A stretch of 53,366 nucleotides of DNA from a virus (IMGVR_UViG_3300017747_004654:1-53366), one strand, 5' to 3'. Shown: positions 18,354 to 29,241, counted from the first letter of the stretch. Notes: generated by a model not told the origin, from the letters alone. Translations and numbers: made by a program.

Positions 18354-20299
18354 TGTCAGATTGTATAGGACCAACTAATATAATTCCTAACAACAATCAA
18401 GTCGTTTTACAAGATGTTAATAAGACAATTAAGATAATCGATAATAATTGTTGTACCGCAGTTGATGTTACTCAACCAGTAACTTCTGTGGTTCAAATAT
18501 TGACAGGACCTTTAGGCCCTAAAGGAGATGTAGGTCCTCAAGGTCCATCTGGATCACAAGGCCCATCAGGATCAATTGGCCCATCAGGTTCATCTCAACC
18601 ATTTTCATATATTAGTGGAACTACATGGTCAACAACAAGCAGTATTGAAATATCTGGATCATTGACAGTTAGTGGTTCCAATACATTTAGAAATATAGGT
18701 TTAGCTTTATTCTCAGGATCTACTAACTTATCAGGATCAGGAACATTAAATGGATATCCTTTATTAACAAGTAATGATACTGGATCTTTATTATTAAGTA
18801 GTTTATTTAATAGCTTTACCTCATCTTATTATACAGACAGCGCAAGTTTTGATACTCGAATTTTAAATAATTCATCCAGTATAGCTATATTATCAAGTAG
18901 TTTTTTAAATACTTCTAGTTTATTAAGTACACGAGTAACTGCTTTAGAAAACTTTAGTTCTTCTTTAGATAATACATTTGCAACAGACGCTCAATTAAAT
19001 GCTGCTACTGCTAGTTTAAGTAGTTCAATAGCTGCATTATCTAGCAGTTATATAGCTTCTAGTGCGTCTTTTAGCGCGAGTATAGCTTCACTTACTAATG
19101 CTACTAGTTCATATGTCTTGAACTCACAAACGAGTTCAATGACAGTACTGAGTGCAAATTATGCTAATACCGCTTCCTTTGTAACTCTAGCTCAAAGTGC
19201 ATCATATGTACAAACAGCTCAAACAGCTAGTTATGTATTAAACGCTATAAGTGCATCATTTGCCTCTAATGGAGGAGTAACTCAAATAGTAGCAGGAACA
19301 AATATATCAATTACAAACGGAGGTTCAGGTTCAGTTACAATTAACTCAACTGGAGCAGGAGGTTCAGCATTTCCATTTACGGGAAGTGCTCAGATAACAG
19401 GTTCTTTAGGAGTAACAGGATCACTTACAGTATCAGGTTCAATAACAGGATCATTATTTGGTACTTCTAGTTGGGCTACTAACTCAATAACAGCTTCATA
19501 TGCTTTAAATGGAGGAGTAGCACAATTACTAGCAGGACCAAACATAACATTATCACCAACAAATGGATTAGGACAAGTCACAGTTAGTGCTACATTAAGT
19601 GGAAGTACAGTTTTTAATACTGCAACAGGATCATATGGTAGTTTTTACGATACTACAACTCAAACAAATCCTGTAGCAAATATACCTCGTTCAATGTCTT
19701 TTAATTCAACAGACATTTCAAACGGAATATCAGTATCAGGATCAACAAATCCTTTTAACACTTATATTAAGACAGAAAATGCTGGAGTATACAATATTCA
19801 ATTTTCAGCACAAGTAGAAAAAACAGATAGTGGAACAGATGAAATAGTAATTTGGTTAAGAAAAAATGGTATAGATCTTACAGATTCAGCCACAAAATTA
19901 ACATTATCTGGAAATGGTACTAAAGTAGTAGCTGCTTGGAATTGGTTTGTTTCTTCAGCTGCAAATGATTATTATCAGATTATATGGGTATCAGCTGATA
20001 CAGGTATGAGACTATATGCTGAACCTGCTGATGGAACTCCAGGTATTCCTTCACTTATTGTAACTGCAAATAGAGTAGATCAATTTTTATCAAATACAGG
20101 TTCATTTAGTGGTTCATTTATAGGAATTGCTACAACAGCATCTTATGCTCTAACAGCTAGTTACTTACTAGGTAGTGCTTCATATTCAACCACCTCATCG
20201 TATGCAGTTAGTTCATCATTTGCTATATCAGCATCTTGGGCTCCTGGGGGGTTAGTAGACACAACAGCAATAGAAGCACAATTATGGTTTTTAACTTAA
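18353..20299 (+). CDS. Tail/head fibre protein
   Basis: Collagen-like GPxG repeats, Ser/Thr-rich coiled segment, repeated TASYA/SASF motifs, C-terminal beta domain. Confidence 0.75.
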   Translation: MSDCIGPTNIIPNNNQVVLQDVNKTIKIIDNNCCTAVDVTQPVTSVVQILTGPLGPKGDVGPQGPSGSQGPSGSIGPSGSSQPFSYISGTTWSTTSSIEISGSLTVSGSNTFRNIGLALFSGSTNLSGSGTLNGYPLLTSNDTGSLLLSSLFNSFTSSYYTDSASFDTRILNNSSSIAILSSSFLNTSSLLSTRVTALENFSSSLDNTFATDAQLNAATASLSSSIAALSSSYIASSASFSASIASLTNATSSYVLNSQTSSMTVLSANYANTASFVTLAQSASYVQTAQTASYVLNAISASFASNGGVTQIVAGTNISITNGGSGSVTINSTGAGGSAFPFTGSAQITGSLGVTGSLTVSGSITGSLFGTSSWATNSITASYALNGGVAQLLAGPNITLSPTNGLGQVTVSATLSGSTVFNTATGSYGSFYDTTTQTNPVANIPRSMSFNSTDISNGISVSGSTNPFNTYIKTENAGVYNIQFSAQVEKTDSGTDEIVIWLRKNGIDLTDSATKLTLSGNGTKVVAAWNWFVSSAANDYYQIIWVSADTGMRLYAEPADGTPGIPSLIVTANRVDQFLSNTGSFSGSFIGIATTASYALTASYLLGSASYSTTSSYAVSSSFAISASWAPGGLVDTTAIEAQLWFLT

Positions 20300-20311
20300 A
20301 ATAAGTATAAT

Positions 20312-23248
20312 ATGGGAAGAAGAAGTAATAGTGGATATATTGGAGATGATTTTTCACAAGATGCTAAAGGAGTTATAGACTTAAATAAAAAAACTACAAC
20401 TAGAATAAATAACAGCGATCTTTATTATCAAGATGATGCTTCACTTTTTTCAGGTCCCGCTTTTGAAACTGGAAGTCTTAATCTATTAGGATCATCAGGA
20501 TATGGATCTGGATCAATAATATCATCAAGTTTAGTAAGTGGAACACTAGCAACTTTAACAATATATAATGCCGGAAGTGGTTATGGCACTAATGCAACAT
20601 TAAGCTTTTCAGGTGGTGGTGGTACAAACGCTAATGGTTATGTATCAACATTTTCAGTAGGAACTTTATCAGTTGTAGAACGATTAGGATATATAAAAGA
20701 TATAATAATAACTGATCCTGGTGAAGGATACACTTCTACACCAACAATGTCTGTCTCCGCTCCAGTAACAGCAAATGGAGTAGCTGGAGTGACAGCAATT
20801 ATATCTGCTTCAATCACAGGTGGTACTTTAACAGGATATACAATACACAATTCTGGAAGTAATTATAGAGCAGGTAGTAATTATCCAACAATAACAATAA
20901 CTGGAGGAGGAGCTTCCAGATCCGCATCTGCAGTACCAGTATTAGAATTTGGTAGAAATTATACTAGTGCCCCAACAGTTACAGTAACTGGGGGAGGTAC
21001 TGGTGCAGTAGTATCAGCATCAATAGTAGCTCCATTATCAGCATCCGGAATTATAACTAATGCCGGTGGAGGTTATACATCTGCACCTTCAATTTATATT
21101 CCATCAGCAAATAGTACAGTGTCTGCTTCTTCAACAATAAGTGCAGGAGCAATAAACACAGTAACAATAGTAACAGGATCAGAATTATTTAATTTCCCAC
21201 CAGCTGTTAATGTTGGTGGTGAGTTAAGTTATCCTGCTTTAAGTGATAATCAAATATATGGTACATATGCTGTTTATAATAACAATTCAAATTGGGTAGC
21301 ATTTAATATAACAACAAATGGAGGAGGAGGGTATACTGTTGATTGGGGAGATGGTACTACAAATAACTATAATACAAACGTAACATCTTCACACCAATAC
21401 ACAACATCATCATTTAATACATTATCAAGTTCGTTATACGATGGAGCTAAATTAACACAAATAAAAGTAACATTATCAGGAAGTGCAACATCTTTTGCAA
21501 CAGTAACTTTTACAACAGTACCAACCCCAACAACAGGATCCTTTAATCCTGCAAATACTACTATTCCAAATCAATGGTTATCAATTGCAATGGCTGGGAG
21601 TAATGTTACATCACTTATTTTGGCGTCTTCTCCAGCAGCATCAAGTACCTTCCTAGAAAAGTTCTACTACTCTGGTTCAAATAAAATAACTAATTTTACA
21701 AGTATGTTTACAAGCTGTTATAGTTTAACAGAAGTCACAGACCTTTTTATGGGAAGCGGTTCTAGTTATACAAGTATGTTTAGTACTTGTACTAAATTAA
21801 AAAAACTTCCTATTATTAATGTTAACAACGCTACAGACTTAACCAGTATGTTTAGTGGTTGTTCTAATTTAGAAACAGTAACATTTGCAAGTGCTAGTAA
21901 TGTAACAAATTGGAGTAATACTTTCCAAAATTGCTATAACCTACTAAATATTAATAATGATAATTTTAGTACTACAACTATAGGAGGCTTACAAAATACA
22001 TTTAACAACTGTTATAAATTAAGATCACTACCCCCAATAAATGTTACTAATGTTAACAGTTTAAACAGTACTTTCTCAGGTTGCTATAACCTAACTAGTA
22101 TAAAATTTATAGGTAATACTTCAAAAGTAACAAATTTTACAAGTACATTTGCCAACTGTTATTCACTAATAGACATACCCAGAACACTTGATTGTAGATC
22201 AACAACATCTATTACTAGTTTATTTAGCAGCTGTTATAGTTTAAAAAAATCTCCTAGATTCACAAACACAAATAATATAACAAATGTTTCAAATTTATTT
22301 CAAAACTGTTATAATTTAACAAAAGTTAGTTTATTTGATACAAGCAATGTTAATACTTTTGGTAATATGTTCGTAAATTGTTTTCCATTAACCAGTATCC
22401 CCAAATTTAATTTAAGAAGTGGTACTACAGTATCAGGTATGTTTCAAAATTGCAGCAATTTAAAAACTATACCACTATTAAATACAGCAAATATTAGCAC
22501 CTTCACTTCTATGTTTTCAGGTTGTAGTTCTTTAATATCTATACCACCCATTAATACATCAAAAGGTATAACTTTTACTACTATGTTTAATAGTTGCATA
22601 TCATTAAAAACAATACCATACTTGGATACTTCAAATGGCACAGCTATGGACAGTATGTTTCAAGCTTGTACTAGTTTAGAAGAAATACCAGCACTTAATA
22701 CTTCAAATGCAACAACACTATCGGCTATGTTCTCTGGTGCGAATTCATTAAAAAGAGTACCAAATTTTAATATAGCCAATTGTACAACTATTGCAAATAT
22801 GTTTCAAAATTGCGCTGCATTAAAAGAGGCTCCGTTGTTTTACAATGCAAATAAACTTACAACATTGGCTACTATTTTTAGTGGCTGTAATAGTTTAAAA
22901 AGGATACCAGGAATGACTGGTACAGTAGCAAGTACAACTCTCGTTGCAACTAATATGGTTGCAAGTTGCTTTAATTTAATTGAAATAGGTTCAATACCAA
23001 CTAGTGGAATAACTACTACTACAACTATGTTTGCTAATTGTCGTGGTTTAAGACGTATGCAAATAACAAACATAAATGCTACTTTTGACATATCTAACCA
23101 AAACCTCGACTCAGTTGCACTTAATGAAGTTTATACAAACCTATCAGCAACAGGTACAGGAAAAACAATTACAGTAACAGGAAACTGGGGTACTGCTAAT
23201 GATAATCCAACAATTGCTACAGCTAAAGGTTGGTCAGTTTCAGGATAA
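20312..23248 (+). CDS. Adhesin/receptor-binding protein with BspA/DUF285-like leucine-rich repeats
   Basis: G.GYT.AP repeats, PKD-like VDWGDG, about 20 repeats of SMFxxCxSLxxIPxxNT. Confidence 0.75.
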   Translation: MGRRSNSGYIGDDFSQDAKGVIDLNKKTTTRINNSDLYYQDDASLFSGPAFETGSLNLLGSSGYGSGSIISSSLVSGTLATLTIYNAGSGYGTNATLSFSGGGGTNANGYVSTFSVGTLSVVERLGYIKDIIITDPGEGYTSTPTMSVSAPVTANGVAGVTAIISASITGGTLTGYTIHNSGSNYRAGSNYPTITITGGGASRSASAVPVLEFGRNYTSAPTVTVTGGGTGAVVSASIVAPLSASGIITNAGGGYTSAPSIYIPSANSTVSASSTISAGAINTVTIVTGSELFNFPPAVNVGGELSYPALSDNQIYGTYAVYNNNSNWVAFNITTNGGGGYTVDWGDGTTNNYNTNVTSSHQYTTSSFNTLSSSLYDGAKLTQIKVTLSGSATSFATVTFTTVPTPTTGSFNPANTTIPNQWLSIAMAGSNVTSLILASSPAASSTFLEKFYYSGSNKITNFTSMFTSCYSLTEVTDLFMGSGSSYTSMFSTCTKLKKLPIINVNNATDLTSMFSGCSNLETVTFASASNVTNWSNTFQNCYNLLNINNDNFSTTTIGGLQNTFNNCYKLRSLPPINVTNVNSLNSTFSGCYNLTSIKFIGNTSKVTNFTSTFANCYSLIDIPRTLDCRSTTSITSLFSSCYSLKKSPRFTNTNNITNVSNLFQNCYNLTKVSLFDTSNVNTFGNMFVNCFPLTSIPKFNLRSGTTVSGMFQNCSNLKTIPLLNTANISTFTSMFSGCSSLISIPPINTSKGITFTTMFNSCISLKTIPYLDTSNGTAMDSMFQACTSLEEIPALNTSNATTLSAMFSGANSLKRVPNFNIANCTTIANMFQNCAALKEAPLFYNANKLTTLATIFSGCNSLKRIPGMTGTVASTTLVATNMVASCFNLIEIGSIPTSGITTTTTMFANCRGLRRMQITNINATFDISNQNLDSVALNEVYTNLSATGTGKTITVTGNWGTANDNPTIATAKGWSVSG

Positions 23249-23253
23249 TTTAA

Positions 23254-23262
23254 ATATTTATA
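23254..23262 (+). promoter_or_regulatory. Late-type motif ATATTTATA
   Basis: Exact motif 3 nt upstream of ATG 23266. Confidence 0.6.
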
Positions 23263-23265
23263 AGT

Positions 23266-23544
23266 ATGAATGAAGATACCGAAGGATTTTACAAAATAGA
23301 CTCAACATCAGGAGAAGTATTATGTGGGCCTAATTTTGTATTAAATGCAAACTATGAACTGCATAAATCAGAAGAAAAGAAAAAAGAAAAAAAAGATAGA
23401 AAAGATTATCCTGATGGATGGTATTGGTTTGATACAGAACAAGAAGCCTATACCTATTTTAATATAGAATGGTATCCAGAAGTTTATACAATAGGATTAT
23501 TAAAACCATGGTTAAATGAAACAAACAACATAGAAAATGGCTAA
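23266..23544 (+). CDS. Hypothetical protein (possible fibre assembly protein)
   Basis: Follows the adhesin; YPDGWYWF motif. Confidence 0.5.
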   Translation: MNEDTEGFYKIDSTSGEVLCGPNFVLNANYELHKSEEKKKEKKDRKDYPDGWYWFDTEQEAYTYFNIEWYPEVYTIGLLKPWLNETNNIENG

Positions 23545-23866
23545 TACGTATAAATTAAATGCTAACGAAATAAACGCTACTGGATCAACTACTATATACA
23601 CAGTACCAATTAACGTTACTTCTTCAATAATAAAAAGTTTATATATATCAAATATAACAACTGGTAGTATAAATATTGATGTTATTATAAATAAAAGTGG
23701 ATCTGCAACTAACTACTGGTTAATTCAAAGTTCATCAATTCCTACTCAAGTATCATTTCAACCAATTTCAGATACATTGATTTTACAATTAGGTGATTCT
23801 ATGAAGATTAGCAATAATACTATTAGTGGATCTCATACTTTATTATCATATATGGAAATAACTTAA
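23537..23866 (+). CDS. Small beta-rich virion protein
   Basis: TTIYTVP...IKSLYISN...L.LGD pattern seen in phage structural proteins; [ST]GS-rich. Confidence 0.55.
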   Translation: MANTYKLNANEINATGSTTIYTVPINVTSSIIKSLYISNITTGSINIDVIINKSGSATNYWLIQSSSIPTQVSFQPISDTLILQLGDSMKISNNTISGSHTLLSYMEIT

Positions 23867-23909
23867 TTGATATCACTCACTTTGTGATACTTATATAAAA
23901 TGTATTATT

Positions 23910-24605
23910 ATGATTTGGTTAACAGCAGTTTTTAGTTTTATAAAAAAGTTTGGTTTACTTTTATTTAATGGATTAAAAAAATTCTTTAAATGGGATAGTG
24001 AACAAGGTAAATGGTTATCACCATTAAAAACTTTTATTATATTAGGATTAGTTATATATATTCTATACGTACATTCTTGTACTAAAGTAAATTGTCCTAC
24101 AATTGTACAAAGTATAGATACAGTGACAGTTACACACATTGATACGGTTTGGTTTGAAAAACCACAAACAACCACAGGTAAAAAACCTAAAAAACAACCA
24201 GGTGGAACATCTACTACAACAGATCCAAAAACTCCATGTGATAGTTTATTCCAATACACTCAAGAATATGAAGATAGTTTAATTAAAGGTCTATTAACTG
24301 CAGATGTAAAAGGTGAACTTATAGGAAGTAAATTTACATATATTCCTAAATTCCCAAAATACATATACAGAGTTGATACAGTAAAAATAACGAAGACTGT
24401 TAAAGAGGAAGTAGAAAGAAAAAGACCTTATGGGTTTATAATAGGAGGTGGAATGAATGTTGCACATAATCAAACATTTGGATTCACAGTAGATATAGGA
24501 GTGCAATTTAAACAGGGATTTGATATAATCTATCGATTTGATCCAATAAGAACAACACATAGTTTGGGTTTAACATATACATTTGAATTTAATAAAAGAA
24601 AATAA
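23910..24605 (+). CDS. Membrane-anchored protein, possibly lysis/spanin-like
   Basis: Transmembrane segment FIILGLVIYILYV; C-terminal amphipathic beta strands ending YTFEF. Confidence 0.45.
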   Translation: MIWLTAVFSFIKKFGLLLFNGLKKFFKWDSEQGKWLSPLKTFIILGLVIYILYVHSCTKVNCPTIVQSIDTVTVTHIDTVWFEKPQTTTGKKPKKQPGGTSTTTDPKTPCDSLFQYTQEYEDSLIKGLLTADVKGELIGSKFTYIPKFPKYIYRVDTVKITKTVKEEVERKRPYGFIIGGGMNVAHNQTFGFTVDIGVQFKQGFDIIYRFDPIRTTHSLGLTYTFEFNKRK

Positions 24606-24619
24606 TAATTCTTTTCTTA

Positions 24620-24628
24620 ATATTTATA
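24620..24628 (+). promoter_or_regulatory. Late-type motif ATATTTATA
   Basis: Exact motif 16 nt upstream of ATG 24645. Confidence 0.65.
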
Positions 24629-24644
24629 GCAAAATGTATTATTC

Positions 24645-25796
24645 ATGAATATCCCTATTTATCCCGGTAGTTCATCATTTTTTCCAGGAAACACTCCTTT
24701 TGGATTTTATGATAATGATTATCAATTCCAAACAGATGCCGATAAAGTAGCCACATTTTGTGCTAGAAGATTAGGGTATCCTATTATGGAAGTTGAATTA
24801 CAAGATTTAAATTTTTATGCTGCTTTTGAAGAAGCAATTACCACATATGGTAATGAATTATACGCTTATAATTTAAGAGAAAATTTTCTCTCAATACAAG
24901 GTTCTCCCACAGGCTCAGATTTAAATAATACACTAATTGTACCTAATATGGGAACAATTATTAGAATATCTGAACAATATGGAGTAGAAGCAGGAGTAGG
25001 AGGTAATGTAACTTGGAGAAAAGGTTTATTAACATTAACTGCAAGTGTACAAGAATATGATTTAAATGTTTGGGCTCTTAATAATGGTATAACAACTGGA
25101 GATTTAGAAATAAAAAGAGTATTTTATGAAGCTCCTCCTTCAATTGTTAGATATTTTGACCCATGGACTGGTACCAATTCAGGAAATAGTTTAGCAACAT
25201 TTGGATTTGGTAATGGTTCACCTGCAATATCATTTGTAATGTCTCCTGTTTATGCAGATTTGGAAAGAATTCAATCAATTGAATTTAATGATACTGTAAG
25301 AAGATCCCATTATACATTTGAATTAATTAATAACAGATTAAAAATATTCCCTATCCCTCAGGATAATGATTTACCTTTATATTTCCAATATATTTTAAAA
25401 TCAGAAAGAAATAATCCACAATATTTAGGTTCACCTAGTGGAAGTTCAGGTTTAGTAACTAATGTATCAAATGCTCCATACAGTAATCCTACATATTCTT
25501 TAATAAATTCTATTGGAAGACAATGGATATTTGAATATACTTTATCATTGTGTAAAGAAATGTTAGGATATGTAAGAGGTAAATATTCACAATTACCTAT
25601 TCCTAACAGTGAAGTAACATTAAATCAATCTGATTTAATAAATGCTGCTACTACTGAAAAACAAGCTTTAATTGAAAGATTAAGAACATATTTAGATGAT
25701 ACTTCTAGAACAAAATTATTAGAAGCAAGAGCTAATGAAACTGATTATAAGATAAAGGAGATGGGAAATGTACCTTTTACAATTTACATTGGTTAA
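24645..25796 (+). CDS. Neck/head-tail adaptor (gp13-like)
   Basis: RRLGYPIMEVEL, WI.EY.L.L.KEMLG.VRGKY, synteny. Confidence 0.8.
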   Translation: MNIPIYPGSSSFFPGNTPFGFYDNDYQFQTDADKVATFCARRLGYPIMEVELQDLNFYAAFEEAITTYGNELYAYNLRENFLSIQGSPTGSDLNNTLIVPNMGTIIRISEQYGVEAGVGGNVTWRKGLLTLTASVQEYDLNVWALNNGITTGDLEIKRVFYEAPPSIVRYFDPWTGTNSGNSLATFGFGNGSPAISFVMSPVYADLERIQSIEFNDTVRRSHYTFELINNRLKIFPIPQDNDLPLYFQYILKSERNNPQYLGSPSGSSGLVTNVSNAPYSNPTYSLINSIGRQWIFEYTLSLCKEMLGYVRGKYSQLPIPNSEVTLNQSDLINAATTEKQALIERLRTYLDDTSRTKLLEARANETDYKIKEMGNVPFTIYIG

Positions 25797-25818
25797 TATA
25801 TTAATAAAAAAATAAATT

Positions 25819-26328
25819 ATGGCTCTTTTTGGTGGACAACGTGATATTAGTTTTTTTAAACATCTTAATAGAGAATTGTTAGGAGATATTATTACCCAAC
25901 AAGCCGCATATTATAAATTTTCTATTTCTAAAACCAAATCCAACATATATGGAGAATCAGTGGATGGAAAATTCTACCAAGATCCAGTATTATTAAATTG
26001 TTTAATTAATATAGGAGATCAAGAAAATCCTGTAAGTGAAATAGGAGTTGATTTTGCTCAAACTATAGAATTTTATTTTTTAAGAGATGATTTAGTTACT
26101 GCAAATTTAGTTCCTGAAGTTGGAGATATTGTAATGTATAAAGAGGGATATTATGAAGTAGATACTATTATTAATAATCAACAATATGTAGGAAAAGATC
26201 CATGGTATCCTAATGCTTTAAATCCATTAAATCCTGGATTAGAAAATTTTGGTTGGAATATAAGCATAATTTGTAAAACTCATTATGTTCCTAAAGACAA
26301 AGTAAGTATAACTAAAGCAAGATTGTAA
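25819..26328 (+). CDS. Neck/head-closure protein (gp14-like)
   Basis: NIYGES, PEVGDIV, YYEV; synteny. Confidence 0.7.
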   Translation: MALFGGQRDISFFKHLNRELLGDIITQQAAYYKFSISKTKSNIYGESVDGKFYQDPVLLNCLINIGDQENPVSEIGVDFAQTIEFYFLRDDLVTANLVPEVGDIVMYKEGYYEVDTIINNQQYVGKDPWYPNALNPLNPGLENFGWNISIICKTHYVPKDKVSITKARL

Positions 26329-26329
26329 A

Positions 26330-27187
26330 ATGGCTAAGAAAAATCCAACTCCTAAAAAGCAAAAAGAAATATCTAATAGTTTTATTAATCCATATAATAC
26401 TACTATAGGTAATCCTAATAATGCTATACCTGATAAAGATAATAGAAGTCTTCAAATATCGGTAAATGGAGATGATACAAAACCATTTTCATTAGGAATT
26501 TCAGATATAGATGAATCCATATTTTACTATTTTAATGAAGTTATTAAACCATATGTTATACAAAATGGAGATAGAATTTCAATCCCCATAATATATAGTT
26601 CTCAAGAAAAATGGAAATCATATCAACAAGATGGATATTATAGAGATGATAAAGGTAAAATAATGTTACCTTTAATTGCTTTAAAAAGAGATTCAATAGA
26701 TAAAGTTAGATCTATAGGTAATAAATTAGATTCTAATTATCCTAATAATTATCAAGTATTTGAAAAAAAATATAGTTCTAAAAATGCTTATAACCATTTT
26801 AATATAATAAATAATAGAATTCCTGAAAAAGAATATTATGTTGTTGTAATACCAGATTATGTCACTATAACATATAGTTGTACTATTTTTACATATTATA
26901 TTGAACAAATGAATAAAGTAATTGAAGCCATAAATTACGCATCAGATTCATATTGGGGAAATCCAGAAAGATTTAAATTTAAAACTAAAATAGATGGATT
27001 TACACTTGCAAATGAATTACAACAAAGTGATGAAAGGATAGTAAAAACAACATTTAATCTTGTATTGGATGGATATTTAATTCCTGATACTATACAAAAG
27101 AATTTAAGTGCCCTTAAGAAATTTTCAAGTAAAACCCAAATTATAATAACTTCTGAAACAGTATCAGATATTTCTCAAATTAGGTAA
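26330..27187 (+). CDS. Tail terminator/sheath stabiliser (gp15-like)
   Basis: IPIIY...EKW, LP.I, P.YV.ITY, QMN..IE; immediately upstream of the sheath. Confidence 0.7.
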   Translation: MAKKNPTPKKQKEISNSFINPYNTTIGNPNNAIPDKDNRSLQISVNGDDTKPFSLGISDIDESIFYYFNEVIKPYVIQNGDRISIPIIYSSQEKWKSYQQDGYYRDDKGKIMLPLIALKRDSIDKVRSIGNKLDSNYPNNYQVFEKKYSSKNAYNHFNIINNRIPEKEYYVVVIPDYVTITYSCTIFTYYIEQMNKVIEAINYASDSYWGNPERFKFKTKIDGFTLANELQQSDERIVKTTFNLVLDGYLIPDTIQKNLSALKKFSSKTQIIITSETVSDISQIR

Positions 27188-27195
27188 TATTTATA
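27187..27195 (+). promoter_or_regulatory. Late-type motif ATATTTATA
   Basis: Exact motif 13 nt upstream of ATG 27209. Confidence 0.65.
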
Positions 27196-27208
27196 ATAAA
27201 TTAAATTT

Positions 27209-27457
27209 ATGGAACAAATAGTTTTATCATCTGAAGAATTACAATTATTGAAAAATCTTAAAACTAAACAAGACCAATTAATCTTTAATTTAGGTCAAAA
27301 TGAATATCTTAAAAAAGATATCCAAGAACAGATAAATTCAATACTTGATGAACTTAAAAAAATAAAACAAGAAGGAGAAAATATAGGAAAATCTCTAAAT
27401 GAAAAATACGGAGATGGAAATATTGATCTCAACACAGGAATTTTTTCTAAAATCTAG
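27209..27457 (+). CDS. Small coiled-coil protein
   Basis: Heptad pattern; KYGDGNIDL.TG C-terminus. Confidence 0.6.
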   Translation: MEQIVLSSEELQLLKNLKTKQDQLIFNLGQNEYLKKDIQEQINSILDELKKIKQEGENIGKSLNEKYGDGNIDLNTGIFSKI

Positions 27458-27476
27458 AACTTTAAACAAATTCTGC

Positions 27477-27485
27477 ATATTTATA
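27477..27485 (+). promoter_or_regulatory. Late-type motif ATATTTATA
   Basis: Exact motif 17 nt upstream of the sheath ATG. Confidence 0.65.
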
Positions 27486-27502
27486 ATAAATAAATCTATA
27501 AA

Positions 27503-29218
27503 ATGGCAGAACAAATTTTAAGTCCTGGTGTATTTTCCAGTGAAAATGACCAATCATTCATAACCCAAGGCCCAGTTACTGTTGGAGCAGCTATTATAGG
27601 CCCAACCGTAAAAGGAAAAGTTGGAATCCCAACAATAGTCACTTCATATAGTGATTTTACAAATAAGTTTGGATCTACTTTAATATCTGGAGGTGCAAAT
27701 TACAGTTACTTTACATCTGTAGCTGTTTATAATTACTTTGATAATGGTGGAACTTCAATGCTAGTAACTAGAATAGCTAGTGGTTCTTACACTCCAGCTG
27801 TATCTACAGCTATAAGCGCTAGTACTCAAGCATCATCTCAACCATCATTTACATTAGAAACCCTTTCAGTGGGAACACTTATGAATAGTTCAGGTAGTGA
27901 AGATAATGCCGGAGCCTTAATAAGTGGTTCTTCTGATAATTTAAGATGGGAAATATCTCAAGCTGATACTAGTTCAGGACAATTTACATTATTAATTAGA
28001 CAAGGAAATGATACTACTAACAATAAATCAATTTTAGAAACTTGGAGTAATTTATCATTAGATCCTTTAACATCAAATTATATAGAAAAAGTAATAGGAA
28101 ACCAAATTGAAAATATAGCTACAGATGGTTCAACATATTATGTTCAAACATCAGGTTCATTTCCGAATTTAAGTAGATATGTTAGAATTAAATCAGTTAA
28201 TTTATCAACTCCTAATTATTTTGATAACAATGGAGTAGCAAAAGCTCAATATACTTCTTCTATACCTTTAGTAGCTAGTGGGACATTTAATAGCGCTACA
28301 GGTGCTCCTCCTACTAATATAAAATTCTATGAAAATATCACAGCTACTAACACACAAGGATTATCATTTAGTAACTATACTCAATCAATATCTTTATTAA
28401 GTAATAAAGATGATTATAAATACACCTTAATAGTAGCCCCAGGTTTAATATATAATTTCTCAAATCACCCAACTCCATTGAATAGCATTATGAATAATGC
28501 TAGAAATAGAGGAGATCATATGGCTGTTATTGATTTAGTAGAATATGGCTCAAATACATCTACTACAGTATCTAAAGCAGTATCAATAGATAACAGTTAC
28601 GCAGCATCATATTGGCCTTGGGTACAAACAGTAGATCCAAACACTGGAAATTATATTTGGGTTCCTGCTTCAACGATGATTCCTGGAATATATGCTCAAA
28701 GTGATAGTGTAAGTGAAGCATGGTTTGCTCCTGCTGGATTTTCTCGTGGTGGTTTGAATAATGTTATCCAAGCCGAGCAAAGATTACCCCAAACAACAAG
28801 AGATACTTTATATAGTAACAAAGTAAATCCAATAGCAACCTTCCCAGGCCAAGGTGTTGTAGTATTTGGACAAAAAACACTCCAAACAAAAGCTTCAGCA
28901 CTTGATAGAGTAGGAGTTAGAAGATTATTAATAACTCTTAAATCATATATTTCTCAAGTATCTAATAATTTGGTATTTGAACAAAACTCAATAGCAACTA
29001 GAAATAATTTCTTAGCTCAAGTTAATCCATACTTAGAAAGTGTAAAACAACGTCAAGGATTATACGCTTATAAGGTAGTAATGGATGATAGTAATAATAC
29101 TGCTGATGTAATTGATAGAAATCAATTAGTAGGACAAATATATTTACAACCTACTAAAACAGCAGAATTTATATTACTTGACTTTAATATATTACCCACA
29201 GGAGCAACTTTTAGTTAA
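27503..29218 (+). CDS. Contractile tail sheath protein (gp18-like)
   Basis: SPGVF..E.D.S, WFAPAG..RG, NPI..FPGQG.VVFGQKTL, RVGVRRLL, P.KTAEFI. Confidence 0.95.
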   Translation: MAEQILSPGVFSSENDQSFITQGPVTVGAAIIGPTVKGKVGIPTIVTSYSDFTNKFGSTLISGGANYSYFTSVAVYNYFDNGGTSMLVTRIASGSYTPAVSTAISASTQASSQPSFTLETLSVGTLMNSSGSEDNAGALISGSSDNLRWEISQADTSSGQFTLLIRQGNDTTNNKSILETWSNLSLDPLTSNYIEKVIGNQIENIATDGSTYYVQTSGSFPNLSRYVRIKSVNLSTPNYFDNNGVAKAQYTSSIPLVASGTFNSATGAPPTNIKFYENITATNTQGLSFSNYTQSISLLSNKDDYKYTLIVAPGLIYNFSNHPTPLNSIMNNARNRGDHMAVIDLVEYGSNTSTTVSKAVSIDNSYAASYWPWVQTVDPNTGNYIWVPASTMIPGIYAQSDSVSEAWFAPAGFSRGGLNNVIQAEQRLPQTTRDTLYSNKVNPIATFPGQGVVVFGQKTLQTKASALDRVGVRRLLITLKSYISQVSNNLVFEQNSIATRNNFLAQVNPYLESVKQRQGLYAYKVVMDDSNNTADVIDRNQLVGQIYLQPTKTAEFILLDFNILPTGATFS

Positions 29219-29241
29219 TTAATTAAATAAATAATAAATTG

